A stretch of 64,000 nucleotides of DNA from Spirogloea muscicola. Taxonomy: Eukaryota. The stretch is taken from NCBI GenBank assembly GCA_009602725.1, contig WELB01000008.1:181048-245047 (forward strand), in the 5' to 3' direction. Position 1 is the stretch's first letter; every line of letters starts with the position of its first letter. The position numbers and the translations under genes are program-made. This document shows, one piece after another, positions 1 through 12,419 of this stretch. The notes below the pieces were generated by a model. The model saw only the letters and a list, made by a program, of their open reading frames with translations, made no database searches and had not been told where the DNA came from.

Positions 1-166
1 CCCCCCCCCTCCCCCCTCTGGCCACTCTCCAGCCCTCCTGCTTCCCTCCAACCTTTGCCTTCTTTACTCCCCGCTTGTGCCACCTCAAATGCTTGGCGCT
101 GAAGCCGGGCTGCCTGCCTTTCCCCCCTTCTCCCCGCTCTTGCCGTCTTCCTCCCCTCCCTGCCAG

Positions 167-3100
167 GCGGTACTGCTGCTCGCGGCTGCGCCGGCTCTAC
201 CGCTCGCTCAAGTTCCTGCACGGCCGCAGCAAGTACGTGCGGCGTGCCGTTGAGCCCGCCACCATCACCGACTCCAGGTACCGCTGGTCCACCCCCCTCA
301 CTCCCACTCATGGCTGCCGCTGCTCAGTCGCCACTGTCAGTGCACTGCCAGCGCACTGCCAGCCACACCGTAATTGAAATCCCTAAATGAATTCCCTTAT
401 GGTGGTCGTGGGCGTCGTGGGTCAGGTTCCTGCACATTCCGCTGTACTGCGCGGAGCGTGCGTGGGCCTACGCCATGGAGCTCAAGGCCGTGGATGGCGG
501 CCCGATGCCGCGCCAGCAGGCGCACCTCGTCGCCCGCCTTGCCAAAGCCGCCAAGTGGGCGGGCCTCTTTGCCGCCCTCTGCGCCAACCGCGCCGACTCC
601 CGCACCGCGCTGGAGGCCGAGGTTACCACCGCCGCCAACAACGCCGCCGCCGCCGCCACCCGCCGCTGCCGCCGCTGCTCTAGCCGTAGCGCGCCTGACG
701 CTGCCGCCAGTGGGCATGGTGGCACTGGCTCTCGGCAGGCTTACGCGTCGTACCTGTGGGGCAATTACCTTCTGGAGAAGGAGACGGACTGGGACGCCGC
801 GATCGGTCACTTCGTGCGCGCCAGGTCTGCCTCCACAGCTGTGCTCCCGTCGAGGGCATTGCCATTCTGCCGCGGACAGATGCTCACCACCAACGCCGCC
901 GCCGTCGCCGTCGCTGCCGCTGCTGTGCCAGGAAGGTGTATGAGCAGCTGGGCAAGGTGGGCGACGTGGAGCACCAGGTGCGGTGCAGGCAGCGCGTCGA
1001 CGAGCTGGAGCCGAGCATCCGGTACTGCCGCTACAAGGCCGGAGGGGGCGGCGGCGGCAGCGGCAATGGCGGCGACAGCGGCACAGCAGCCACCACCCCC
1101 GGTGGCAGCCTCCTCTCGGCGCTGGGGTCGCCCCATGAGGGTGGCCCAGGCTCCGACCTCCTCCAGTCCAAGCTTGAGGTGTGCCCAAGAGACCGACGTG
1201 GCAATGACTCATGGACCCCGGCGAAGGCCATTACATCTTGATTATTTTTGATCTGGTCAGGAGCGAGGTTAGGGGTCAGCACCATGTCTTGCCATGCCGT
1301 TGAAGCCAGAGTTCCGCTCTCAATGCTTTCGTCATGGTGGTTGTGCGGTTGTTCAATGTTCATGCTCGCGCTTTTGGCGTTTGATCAGGCGGTCATGGAG
1401 GAGGCCCGGTCGCAGCAGGCGACCACGATGATGGAGCTCGAGTGGCTTGGCGCAAAGCTGCCTGTGCGCAATGCAAAGACGCGAGTTTGCATCTTGCGAG
1501 GTGCGTGGGCCTGCTGCAAGCGCACCACTGCAATGGTCATACTGTGCGGCAGGTGTGTGCTCGAATGCTCCGTAGACCACCTCAGAAAGAAAGATGGGGC
1601 TTTGAGGGCGATTGCATATGTGCGGCGCTTGTTACTGGAGCAGGGCAGGAGCTGGAGCAGGAGCTGAAGGGGGGGCTGAATGCTGCGCTCGAGCGGCAAC
1701 TTGGCCTCTACGACAAGATTTTCGTGGCCTACCAGGATGCCAAGCGACACACACGCGATGATCTGGTTCGTGGGGCCGCTAGTCTCTGCAATTTGCACGC
1801 TAGTCTGAAGCCCAAGATAACATCTGGCAAGTTGGATAGGCAGACTTGATGTACTAGTTCAGGCAAGCCCTGGCCTGCCATCTAGTCTCGTCTTCGTAAT
1901 GCTTGTGCCGTTGTCAGGTTGATTGAACGCTGTTAGCACTGGCATGCATGTTATTGTTGGCAGGTGGCAGCCGGGAGTGCGGAGTTTGTGAAGGAGGAGC
2001 TGACGGCGCTGAGCAAGGCGCTGGCGGGGCTGCTGCTGCAGCGCACCACCGATCGGAATGAGCTCCTGGCTGACAGCACCCGCCGGAGGCTGGAGCGGCA
2101 GCACCGCGGCGGTGTCAGCGGAGAGCGGCGGGCTGGGGACGACGGCAGCAAGGACAAGGGCGAGAAGCTGGCCAAGCCCGAGGATCTCATCCGCCTCCAC
2201 GACATTCTTATTGAGGTCTTGCTCCCCGAGTTACCGTCACTCTGCTGCCGCCACTGCCTGTTGCCGGCTCATGGCTGAGGCATGCTGAGGAGCGGTGCTG
2301 CTGTTGACCCGTGCTTTGCTTTGCAGAATGTGTCAGACCTGCTGGAGAACATCACGTCAGGCCGGGAGATGCGGCCTGAGGAGGAGGCCTATGCTGACAT
2401 CCTGACGGCCAAGCGTACGCGCCTGAGGGCAGCAAGGTGTGGCGCTGAGCTTCTATGCTCATCAGAATCAGCAAGATGCAGGCCCCTACTGCCCCTTTGT
2501 ATTACGTCAAACTGCAGACTCATGGCTTGGTGCTGATGACAGCGCCGTGGGCAGCTGACATCTGGATGATGCTGGTTGTGGACGAGTGGACCAGGTGTTT
2601 TTATCTGGCGCAGTCCTTCGCTACGGCCAGCAAGTATGTGGAAGCGTACGTGCTCTTTGACCGCGCTGCCGAGCACGCTGCTGCGGCCCTGTCCGAGTTC
2701 AGGCAACTTGGCGAGCGAGCCATGGTAGGGAGACGGACAGACAGCAAGCCTCTGCCTAGGCTGTTTAGGGTATAGCGGTTTAGGGAGGTTTATCTGTCTC
2801 TGCTTAGCAGCCTCTCAATTACACCAGGAGGGTATCTACTCTTGGTGGCTCTTATCTCGAGTCTTGTCTGATGTACATGTCGCAGGTGTTTCCCTTTCAC
2901 CTCTCAGTGATATCCACCAAGCAGTACTTCTGCACAACATTAGCACGATATAATTGCACCTACAGATTGTTCAGAAGTTGTGATCGGTACAGTCCATTCT
3001 TGATGCAGGAAGAGGCTGAGAGTGCCGAGGACCTGGCAACAAGGAGCCGAGGACAGCGTTGCCTGGTCCACGCACTGGCCAGCGCCGAGGAGATGCACGC

Positions 3101-3740
3101 GCGGGAGGCTGCGCAGGCTGGTGTGGCGTCCATATCTGTTGCGGATCAGGGAGCTCCGGCAAATGCTCAGGTACTCAGCCCACTTTCTGAAGGCTGGCTG
3201 CCATGTTGGTGCCGGTGACTGCTTGCAGCCACCTGCAAGAGTGGAAGTAAGTCACGGGCTTTTAGGCCCTTTCACTATCTTACCGTGGTTCCGTCTCGCT
3301 GTGGTTTACTAGGACATTCTCCATAAATAGTATCCTTGTTCTGAAGCTCTCACATGTCCATGTGTATGTTTGAGATTACTGGTCATCATCCTGCTCTCTG
3401 ACGAGTTTTGTCATCAAAAGAGGTCAGGCGGGTTGTAATGGGTCGCACACAGTGGAGAGGCATACTCATCACCTGGGCCTCGTGCTGCTGTTTTTGGATG
3501 GTGCAGAAAAGTTACCTGATGGACCTGCTTGATGAGTACCGCCCTGCAGTGGAGGTGACTTCGAGTCAGAAGCAGGCGCAATTCCTCATTGCTCGCATAC
3601 CCCCACCCTTCCGCTCCGTACCCTGCAGGCCAATGGTCCTCGACACAGCCTTCAATGCTATTGAGTTTCCATCGCTGTCGGAAAAGATTAAGCAGGAGAC
3701 CAAGAAGACCACCGGCATCTTCAACTTTTGGAGAAGATGA
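167..3740 (+). CDS. SRP68: Signal recognition particle subunit SRP68 (multi-exon; 5' end lies outside the window)
   Basis: GT-AG exons 167-277, 426-621, 739-824, 932-1178 etc. splice to RYCCSRLRRLYRSLKFLHGRSKY...FLHIPLYCAERAWAYAMELK...ARLAKAAKWA...DSRTALEAEAYASYL. The C-terminus IPPPFRSVPCRPMVLDTAFNAIEFPSL...GIFNFWRR* matches plant SRP68. Confidence 0.93.
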
Positions 3741-4009
3741 CTGCCACCTTCTCTTCTTTTCTGTCTGTATTGTGCCCTCTAGATGGAAGGTGTCTACTAT
3801 AACTCTTGATTTGACAAAGAATCAGTTGAGCCTGCTGAGCATGTAGCTCACAGTACATGGATTAGGAGATATGGGTTTGCCACTTCTTTGTGCTTTGGCT
3901 TGCTTGCTCAGCTACTAGGATTGGCGGTTCCCTCAAGGAGGAGCTCACATCTTTAGTGCTACATAGGACCCGGCCAGGAACACGGTGCAGGTTTTATGCT
4001 CAAGACACA

Positions 4010-6787
4010 TCACACAAGCGGCTCCGGCACTCGCTGAACGACTACAATTGTACCAAGGTTGCCATGAGTTATCCTGTAGTCATCATCTAGGTAGGTCAAG
4101 TCGAGCCAGCCCTTGGCAGGAGGCAGTTTGACTTCATAGACACCCTGGTCGTCCATGTCGGAATTATGCTCCTTGAAGAGCTGAGAGGGCAAGTTCATGC
4201 ACGGGCTTCAGCGGAGCCAAGTCCTGCATCGAACAAGGACGGCTCCATGCATGATCCAAACAATGACAAGCACCATAGGCTTCGTACCTCAAGCCAGGCT
4301 TTCAAGTCCTTGGAATGCCTTGGTTCTAAGGCCGAGCTCTCAAACACCACATTGAGCCTTCCAGCGCTTGCTACGTCATATTTTGCCCTGCGGCACATTT
4401 AGACCTTGGAATGAATGTGACTGCAGTAGAAGGCCGACTTTGTCAGTATGGAGACCTCTTCTATGAAGATGAGGTACTGCTAAGTAGAGTTGAAGCTGCA
4501 GCAAATGAAAGACACCTGTCAACAAACAGTGACAAAGTTGCAATGCTAGACGGGGGATGCTCACCTATTGCGAATGAGGCCATCAAGAGGAGGTTGACCT
4601 TGCTCAGCTATGGTGAATGGCAGTGTCACATCATATTGATCATTTCTTGCCATGCCCACGTCATTGTAGACCTGTCATCACCATCTTAATTCCAACGCGT
4701 CAAGATTCCCTGTGTATGAGCTGCCTCTGTCATTCCAATGCGTATGTGCACACGTGTTGGAAGAATAGATGACGGCAAACGTATATGACTGCTGACTGGA
4801 TAAAGCAGGCAAGCTAGGTTTTTCTCCGCACTGCTTCTGCATGTGACCATGAGTATAAAGCATGTGGTGCTGACCTCCCTCATGCAGATCTTCAGTCCAT
4901 TTGGTCTGAATGCATTGAAGGTGGCTCGCCCCAAGGTAACAATAGCACCTCTGTAGAGCACTCCCTGCATCAGAGCTCTTTTCAGGTGAGGAGTGAGATG
5001 CTTGGGCATGCGAATGATCAGACTGCTGTCAATCACTTCAAAGGCAAGACAGGACCTTGCAAAGGCTGGCTTTGTATTCTCCTAAAAGTGCAATAGAGCC
5101 CAAAGCTGCAGCCTTGAAGTCGATGGCTACAGGTACGACATGCTGCTGCAGGTATAAAGGCTGTGACCTAGTAATGAAGGAGCACAGGCAGGTACGCAAC
5201 CACAGACAAGTTGTTGGCCAGGACAGGAAGGCCTGCAGAAGCAGGGCTTACCTGCATGCTACTATTCAGCAGCTGGAAGTGGCCGGTGAAGAGGTCTGGA
5301 AGATTTGTTGGCTCTGGATTTGGATTTAACTTCTCAAGTGAAGCTATAACTGTGGGAAGGAAAAGTAAGAAGCTCATGCACCAGGTTAAAATACTATCTT
5401 GATATCTCTACTGGCACTCGAATACTACAGCCTTTACACAACAGCTGTACAGTAAGTGTATGAGGACCCTGGAAGTAGTCCAATCAAGTCAACCAGACAG
5501 ATTGTGGGTGAGGCGGAAAGGAAGCACACGAGGACAACATAGCGAGTTTGACATTGATCAGAATCTCAAGTCGTTATCATCCAGTCAATCACCTGCCAGT
5601 GATTCATCAGTCAAGCTGCCATTGGTCTGCTCAAGTAACGAGGCCAGCTTCTCCTTCAACTCGGCACGCTCACCTGGATTTAACAACCACATTGGCAGTA
5701 CACTTTGCTGTTAGTTCAGTAGTAACGACTTCACTTGATCCACTGACTAGTCCGAGTGATTGGTTTAGACTCACGCGGCAAGGACTTGTCCCCCACAGAC
5801 TTGTGCAAGATGGCATACTTCCTACTTATGCTGTGCTTTGGCTTCCTGGTAAAAGAGATGTCTGTAAATCGAAAGTAGTGGACTGTCATATGCTGAGCTC
5901 CTGAGATGTTTAAGTCATATCACATTGTGATAGAGCGACCTGCAGCTGCTGGAGTTGCAACAGCTGCCTCTTGAGTACTGCACAGCAACAAAAGAGGGAT
6001 ACTTTGAGAATGTTAAGCTAGTCAAGCAGCAGTTACCATCTCAGCCGAAGCACAAGGCAGACCCTACACGGTAGAATCCAAGTTTGAGAGGGGCAATTGA
6101 GCTGTACCTCTTCGAGGTTGCTGCACAGCTCTTTACCACCCTCGATGCCCTTAGCTCCTCCCTATGAGACACAAATTGCATGTAGACATTTGTGACTCGA
6201 TTGGCAGTTCTCTGATGGTCGCTCCCATGATCATCAGCAGCCTGAAGGACAAAGCGTGCTTGCTTCCTCACCTGGAGGTACTTGGCTGTAAGTCATGATT
6301 CGATGTGGCTCTCTCTAGCATGACAGGGTGAGCAGGACCTGCCTAAGTGGATTCGAATATGTTTTCTGGTGCAACACATTGTGCATTTGTGAGGGCGTAC
6401 CTCGCGGCGACAAGTGACGGTCGCAGGAACGGTAGGCCTGAAGTCGCACGGCTGCTGCAGAAGGTACATTGTGAGGACAGAGACACGGTAGGGGTGTCAG
6501 TGAGAGGTGAGGAAGTGAAGGAGCAAGAGAAGCTGACGATGAATCGCTCTGCCGGACGCTTGGATGCGAGCGGTAGAATTAAGAGGCCTGCGTGCTGCGA
6601 GGAGCGAGTGAAAGCGCTGTCCGATGGAGGGGGAGCTCATCGACCTCTCCGCCTGTCTCCCGCGACTGCGCGAGGACGGCCTCGCCCCGCCAAAGCTGCT
6701 GCTCCTCAGCCTGGCGCGCGCCTCGCAGGGCGCCAGGCCCGCCGGCAGGGCCGCCGACGCCGCCGCCGCCGCCGCGGCGACCGACAT
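4010..6787 (-). CDS. Plastid lipid-associated (PAP/fibrillin) family protein
   Basis: Ala/Ser/Arg-rich transit-like N-terminus from ATG 6787. Internal VIASLEKLNPNPEPT and C-terminal KGWLDLTYLDDDYRITHGNLGTIVVVQR are typical of PAP_fibrillin. Confidence 0.8.
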
Positions 6788-7187
6788 CGTGGCACCCGCA
6801 GCGGAGTGTCGTCGGGCAGGCGGACTGATCTGCTCTTGGCGTCACACGCCCGGCGTTGCGCTTGTAACACCGTTGGGCCCAGTGGAAAAGCTCACTTTCC
6901 TTTCTTGGCCCAGCGGGTAACAACGGTTGGGTTACGCCGTTACGTCGTCACGCCCACTGGCGTAACGACGGCCGGGGAGGCGGCCCAGCACGGTGAGGGA
7001 GGCCCGTGCAAGCGGGAGCATTAAACGGGTCAGCGGCTCTCCGACAGCTACACAGGGGCCTCGGCGGGCCGCCACGTCGGGGCGGGGGCCGGCGGCTGCC
7101 AGTAAGCAAGGCGGAGGGGCCCTTCTCCTTGGGTATCGACTCGGGACCTCGGACGATGGATCGCCAGTCCGATCAAAAGGCAAACTC

Positions 7188-7315
7188 TTCTTTCTTTGTG
7201 TGCTTTGGTTTCTTAGCGCTTCCTCTGGTTTCCTCTGGCCCCCTTCTCGTTCTTTGTTCATTCTTTTTTGGGCTGGCTTGTCCAGCCCCTATCCTCAATG
7301 GGCGAGCCCTTTCTT
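7188..7315. repeat. Dispersed mosaic palindromic repeat copy (divergent-promoter region)
   Basis: GGGCTGGcttgtCCAGCCC (7270-7288) followed by ctatcctcaatgggcgag. Matches 30150-30282 directly and 10348-10420 / 60867-60980 in reverse complement. Confidence 0.85.
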
Positions 7316-7455
7316 AACGGTGTCTACCGCTACCATGTGAACGGCGCGACGGCAGCAGCGGCGTTGCGCCAGTGAAGCCCAGCTTGCCATCTGGATCAGC
7401 CGCCCCGCCTGCGTGGCGAGGCCCAGTCAAGAGGTACACCTCACGCCCGGCAGCC

Positions 7456-8757
7456 ATGGCGCGCGCCGCGCCGCCGCCCGCCGCCGCTGTCGCCGCGGCG
7501 GCGTTTCTGCTCCTGGGCCTCGCAGGCGGCGCCGCCGCCGCCAACGAGTGGGGTTCTTGGTTCGAGGTCGGACCACCCACCCTTGCTGCAGCTCGACTGG
7601 CCAGACCTGGCTTTCCGGGCTGATGGCCGGCACGCCGGCGGCGGACTGCGTCGCCGGCTTGCCGCGTTGACGGTTCTGCTTGCCGTTCACGCGGTCGCTG
7701 CAGGGCCCGCGCGCGGCGCTTGACCTCTACCGCACAGTGCGCAGCATCACAAGCGTGTCAGGCGCGCTGCACACCATCCTCTACAAGGTGGCCGAAGAGA
7801 AGCGGGCCCGCGGTGACTACGAAGGTGCGGCTCCTTTCCCGAGCAGCTGCAGCCAACGAGTGCGTCTTTTGGAAGAAGCCGCCCCCAACCTGCCATCTGC
7901 CACACACACCTTCACTATCTGGCTGCATCGGGCTGCGTTTCACGTGGCAATTAACTAACTGTACATCTTTAACGGCAGTGTATAGTTGGCTAGGAAAACC
8001 GACACTTAGGCAGCATGTTTAGAATCTAGAGGTCGTCGTCCTGTGGTGGCAATTCTCACCACGGCACAAGAGCTCTCACAGCTCCAGGTTCTTGCTGAAG
8101 GCTCCATGTGGGGGCTAGTGCTGGCAATCAGGTGCCACGAGGATCCAGGGGTATGCCAATAGCGGGTGGACATCAGGGTGGGCGCCAGTGTGGACCCCTT
8201 GGGGCGCCTGGCGGGCAGCCAGCCAGGTTGCATGGGCATATGCCTCGAGCGCCTGGTTTGGCCGTCCAAAGGTCAGCGCGGCCCAGAGGACAGTACAGGC
8301 CGCGCAAGACTTGGGCGACATACTGAAGGAGACTGCACACCTTGCCACAAACCTCGACAAGCAGCAGTGGTTCAACGAGAACAAGGAGAAAGTGAACAAG
8401 GTCTCGAAGATGCTTTTTGGAGATCTTTCGGGCATCTTTCAACACATGGTAAGCCGCTCTTGCCAGTCCCATGTATCACAGATCAGCTGTATTGATGGTT
8501 AACTGTACTGGAGGGATCACTGCATGAATGCTAGCCATTTGTGTAAAACATATGCGTGCAATTGATTATTCTTTTTCTCCTTACAGGGACCAATTGGAGA
8601 TGTCATTCACTCTGTCAAAGCCGAGCTTGAGTCTGGAAACTTTATGGGGGATGCTTTGAGAGTTGCATCTGCAGATGTGCAGAAGCTGGTGAACGGCATA
8701 CAAGAGCTCCTTGGTCAAGTCCAGAAGAAGGCAGCCGCTTATAAAGAGGAGCTGTGA
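7456..8757 (+). CDS. Uncharacterised secretory-pathway protein with signal peptide and C-terminal KEEL
   Basis: MARAAPPPAAAVAAAAFLLLGLAGGAAAA signal peptide; exons ~7456-7566, 7704-7823, ~82xx-8448, 8587-8757. The last exon ends ...KKAAAYKEEL*. Confidence 0.75.
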
Positions 8758-9074
8758 AGTTAGTCTAGAAAGAGCAGTGCTTGGAGCTTCACCTTAGTAA
8801 CAGACTTGCTCATCAATTCTTCATTTGCAACTGCACAGTAGCTCCTAGTGTACTCATGCTGGCTCAACGAGCCTGCTGTCTTGGACTCCTACTGTGCACA
8901 AAAGAGAGCTTCATTTTACAGGTAGCTTGCAGATGAAGAAGTCTTCAACTGTTGTGCACATACTAGCTGTATTTGCTCTAATGGGCAGTAGAGCTTATTG
9001 CTTTTCCAAAATAGGTTTCTCTTGGCAAGGGCCTGGGTAGAGTCTGTTTGCTGTCTGTCTGCTGTTCCTGGAAA

Positions 9075-9685
9075 TTAAATAAATAGGGCCCGGTGCTTGC
9101 CATTGGCGAGGATACAAAGCTGGTTGTATGATGCCATATCTGCAACAGATGGAGGTCAATTGGCCATCAGTATCAAGAATCAGGACATCCTTCGTGTTTT
9201 ATGAATGCAGCCTGCCTGACTGGTAAGACGTCTGTGAAGCAGCTAGCAGGCTCACCGAAGGTATCGCCAAAGCTGGTCACAGCCTCCTCTTGTAGCACGT
9301 TTTCGCCCTCCACAAGGCCAATAACCTCAGCATAGGAGCTCGGGTACGCGATGCCCGACGGCGAGCGGACGGTGATCTGGCCGCCGTCGGGGGCCTGACC
9401 CTGCACTGTGCCGTCTCCTGGCTGCCTGAGCACCTGCAATAGCCAGCCATCTCGCAGGCGGTCAGCAGGCTGTTCAGTGCTCAAGTCAGCTGGCACCAGG
9501 TGCAGCGGCAGCAGATTGGGAGATGTTAGGCAAAAGCAAGCGGCGCCACGACGATGGTGACAGCCAGAGAGGGCAGGCTGCAAGGTGGGGCCTCCCGTCA
9601 CCTTGATGACGGTGCGCACGCGCCGCCCAGCATGGCGCCGCATCAGGTCAGCGTTCACCATTGGCGCCGGCGCCGACATGTCCAT
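9075..9685 (-). CDS. RPA3: Replication protein A 14 kDa subunit
   Basis: Three exons splice to MDMSAPAPMVNADLMRRHAGRRVRTVIKV...SYAEVIGLV...VTSFGDTFDMASYNQLCILANGKHRALFI*, matching plant RPA3. Confidence 0.93.
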
Positions 9686-10036
9686 GGCGTCCGCAGCGAG
9701 TACGACCGTTCAGCCGCTATCGGCGCAGCCGTGGTGCTGCAAGGGCGAGCCGCCCCAGGCGGTCGCTGAGCCTGGGCTCTGGCGGCTTGTCGGCACGAGG
9801 CACGAGCTGAGTGAGCCTGAAGGCCGGATGTGTCCCTCGAGAGCGCCTCTCCCTCAAGGGCCTGAGCCGGCCGCCTGCGCACGGATCCCCGCCGTCAGCG
9901 CCGCCGCCGCCGCAGCCGCCGCCAGCTCCGCCGCCGCCGCCGCCGCCGTCAGCTCCGTCGCCGGGCCTGCCGACTGGAGCGACGGCGGCTGGGCGGGACC
10001 TCGCCGTCGAAGCTTTTGAGCGCCTCCGGCTGGCGC

Positions 10037-10547
10037 GAAAGAAGAAGAAGGAAGTGCTCGCCATTGAGGATAGGGGTTGGAAAAGCCAGCCCAAAAAAGA
10101 ATGGACAAAGAAGAATGACACTTCCAGGAGAGGGCGATGGCTTGGAGAGGCCTGCCCAGAACACAGAATGAAAGGGAGCGAAAGGGAGCCATTGCCTTCT
10201 TCTGGGAAAGCTTCTATACCACTGGTTAGCACGTAGAGCTTTGTTTCATGTATGCCTTGACTATTCTGCACTCATATCTGCCTGAACACTGTGTTGGCTT
10301 GAGTTGGCCTCGCTTTCATTTCCTGCGCACCGCGCGCCCTCTCTGTAGAAGAAAGTGCTCGCCCATTGAGAATAGGGGCTGGAACAACCAGCCCGAAAAA
10401 GAATGAACAGAGTACGAGAAGGCTAAGCAGCCGCAGATCAGAGATGCTGGGCTCCTGGAAGTGGGTCCACTGGCCAGAGCCAGAGGCAGCAGCGAGGGCT
10501 CTGCCGGCACGAAGGTGCAGCGCCCGGGCCATGGACCTCTGCAGCGA
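10037..10547. repeat. Cluster of dispersed mosaic repeat modules (P+H, M, P+H+D)
   Basis: aagtgctcgcc(c)attgagRatagggg-hairpin at ~10051 and ~10353; M module (reverse) at ~10288-10344; 123-bp D module at 10425-10547, nearly identical to the reverse complement of 60999-61121. Confidence 0.85.
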
Positions 10548-10759
10548 GACGGCCAGGCGCATTCGATACACTTGCGCCAGCGACCCGGCTGTAGAGCGCG
10601 GGAGGGGCTTCGCGGGGCTGGGGTTCCCGCGCTGTGGGTGCGACGACTCGGCAAATGGCTTACGAATAACGTTGCCCTGCCGTTTACCGCCGGCAAGGGA
10701 CCGCCTATACCGTCGAGGGCTGCATTTGCCGCGGCGTGAGCCCGCAGCCGCTGCCGCCT

Positions 10760-10790
<31 letters not shown>

Positions 10791-10880
10791 TGCTGCTGCC
10801 GCCCCGCAATTGGCCGACCGTCGTCGACTCCGCGGCTCAGAGGTGGCGGGCCCCCAACGTAGACGTGGAAGGCGGGTCGG

Positions 10881-11265
10881 ATGCCCGAGACCAAGCGCCC
10901 GCTGGCGGCTGCACTGGCTCTCGTGGCCGTGAATGCGGGGCTCTGCCTCTCGCTCGGCACCGTGTACGACTTCGTGTGCGACTTGCCATACTGGGAGCGC
11001 CGGGTGAGCTCGCCCGCAGCTGATCCGGAGCTGCTCAAGGCTACCAAGGCCCGCGTTGCCTATGAAGCCCTGTGGTGCTGTCAGCTGCCGACAGAGGCGA
11101 TGCGACCCAGCCCAGTTAAAAGCGCCCACCTGAGAGGCCACTTCGTTGAGCTGTCCAGCCAGGACTGAAAGTCAACCTGATACTTGAAACTGCGCATCCG
11201 CTTCTCAGAGGGAGCGGCGAAGGCTCGCAAAGTCGCAGCTTCCGGAAGCGCCATCCCTCAATTGA
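10881..11265 (+). CDS. 59-aa single-TM microprotein (VYDFVCxLPYWERRRERRR motif)
   Basis: Exon 10881-11003 (GTGAG donor) plus exon 11209-11265 (CTTCTCAG acceptor) give MPETKRPLAAALALVAVNAGLCLSLGTVYDFVCDLPYWERRRERRRLAKSQLPEAPSLN*. It resembles a small conserved plant protein (from memory, not searched). Confidence 0.75.
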
Positions 11266-11562
11266 TGGCTGCCTTGCGTGCTGAAGAAGATGTCTGAACT
11301 TGGTCACTAGCTGTACTTGGTCAGGTCCTATGCATCGGGCATCGTTAAGGTAAGGCACTAACCCCACCTGTTACATAGGGCGTTACATAGGGCGCCTTTA
11401 TACAGATGGCAGTTGTGGCATCTCGCTCAAAGCGAATGTACGCCCGGCGAAGCGTGTCTTCATTTGCAACAGTCTGTAGCATGCTGGCTACTGCTTAAAG
11501 TGCTATGGTGAGTGCTGCAATCATTCTGGCTGCAGTGAGCTTCCGAGGAGCCTGCTTCTTCA

Positions 11563-12419
11563 ATGAAGCTCGTTGCTCTTTGGAGGAAGCCATTGGCGTG
11601 GCTACGTTACGACTTGCCCGAGATTGTTTTCCCTTCATCCATCCCTGACCCTCCTCATTTACGTCCACCACCTCGACGACGTTTGACTTGGCAAGAACGC
11701 CAAGAGGTACATTCTGCACAAGTGCACGCCACGCCAGCAGCGTGCTGTGTTGATGTCGTGTGAATATCTGTCTCTGGATCATCAACTTAGGAAGCAGCTT
11801 GTATGCAACTAAACAGGAGTCTGTCTGGCTTGTGTCTGATCAGGTCCTGGTGGACTCATGGGTGGAGTACAAGCAAACATGGATGAGGCGTCGTGAAGAC
11901 AGGAGTATTGCCTTAAGTAAGGATCTGAAGGGAGAGATGGGCGAAGCTACAATGGCTGAAGAGATAGGTAAGAATCTGCATCCCTTTTACAGTATCGCAT
12001 TTGACGGTAACTACAAGTAAGAGGGTCGTTCTTGACTTGAGTGCTCATACTGATTAGGCAGCTCATTCACATACATGCTCAAAGTGCAGATTTTAGTACT
12101 GAAGCTTGACCTGGGCTGTCTTTCTGGCAATGACGTTGACTTCGGTACTTGACTTACAAGTCCACTACATTCTGCAGCTGTGATAGCCCGGGTGGGAGGA
12201 GAAGGGTTAAAACCAGCCCTGCGGCACATATTTATGACAAGGGCCGCCGCATATCGAGATGCTCTCCAACAATTCGTGGCTGGATATCAGGAAGGTGTGA
12301 GTGAGGTTTCTGCTGACTTGACCAAGGAGGCGGAATTAGAAAAGAGCGAGGAGAATGTAGCTCAGCCTGCCAACTCCTTCCAGCAGTTCAACAAAGCTTC
12401 GGCAAGTCAGAATGAATGA
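11563..12419 (+). CDS. Conserved plant protein resembling EMBRYO DEFECTIVE 2735
   Basis: Exons 11563-11706, 11844-11967, 12178-12419 carry the motifs LRYDLPEIVFPSSIPDPPH..RRRLTWQER and GGEGLKPALRHIFMTRAAAYRDALQQFVAGYQEGV. Confidence 0.8.

Noticed and set aside
3328..3340. GTATCCTT U12-like donor in SRP68
   Set aside because: It lies inside an ordinary intron (donor at 3171) with no upstream exon.
9854..11141. Recurring peptide strings such as FFFGLVVPAPILNGRALSS and WAGFSSPYPQW
   Set aside because: Translations of the non-coding repeat; reading frames are not preserved between copies.
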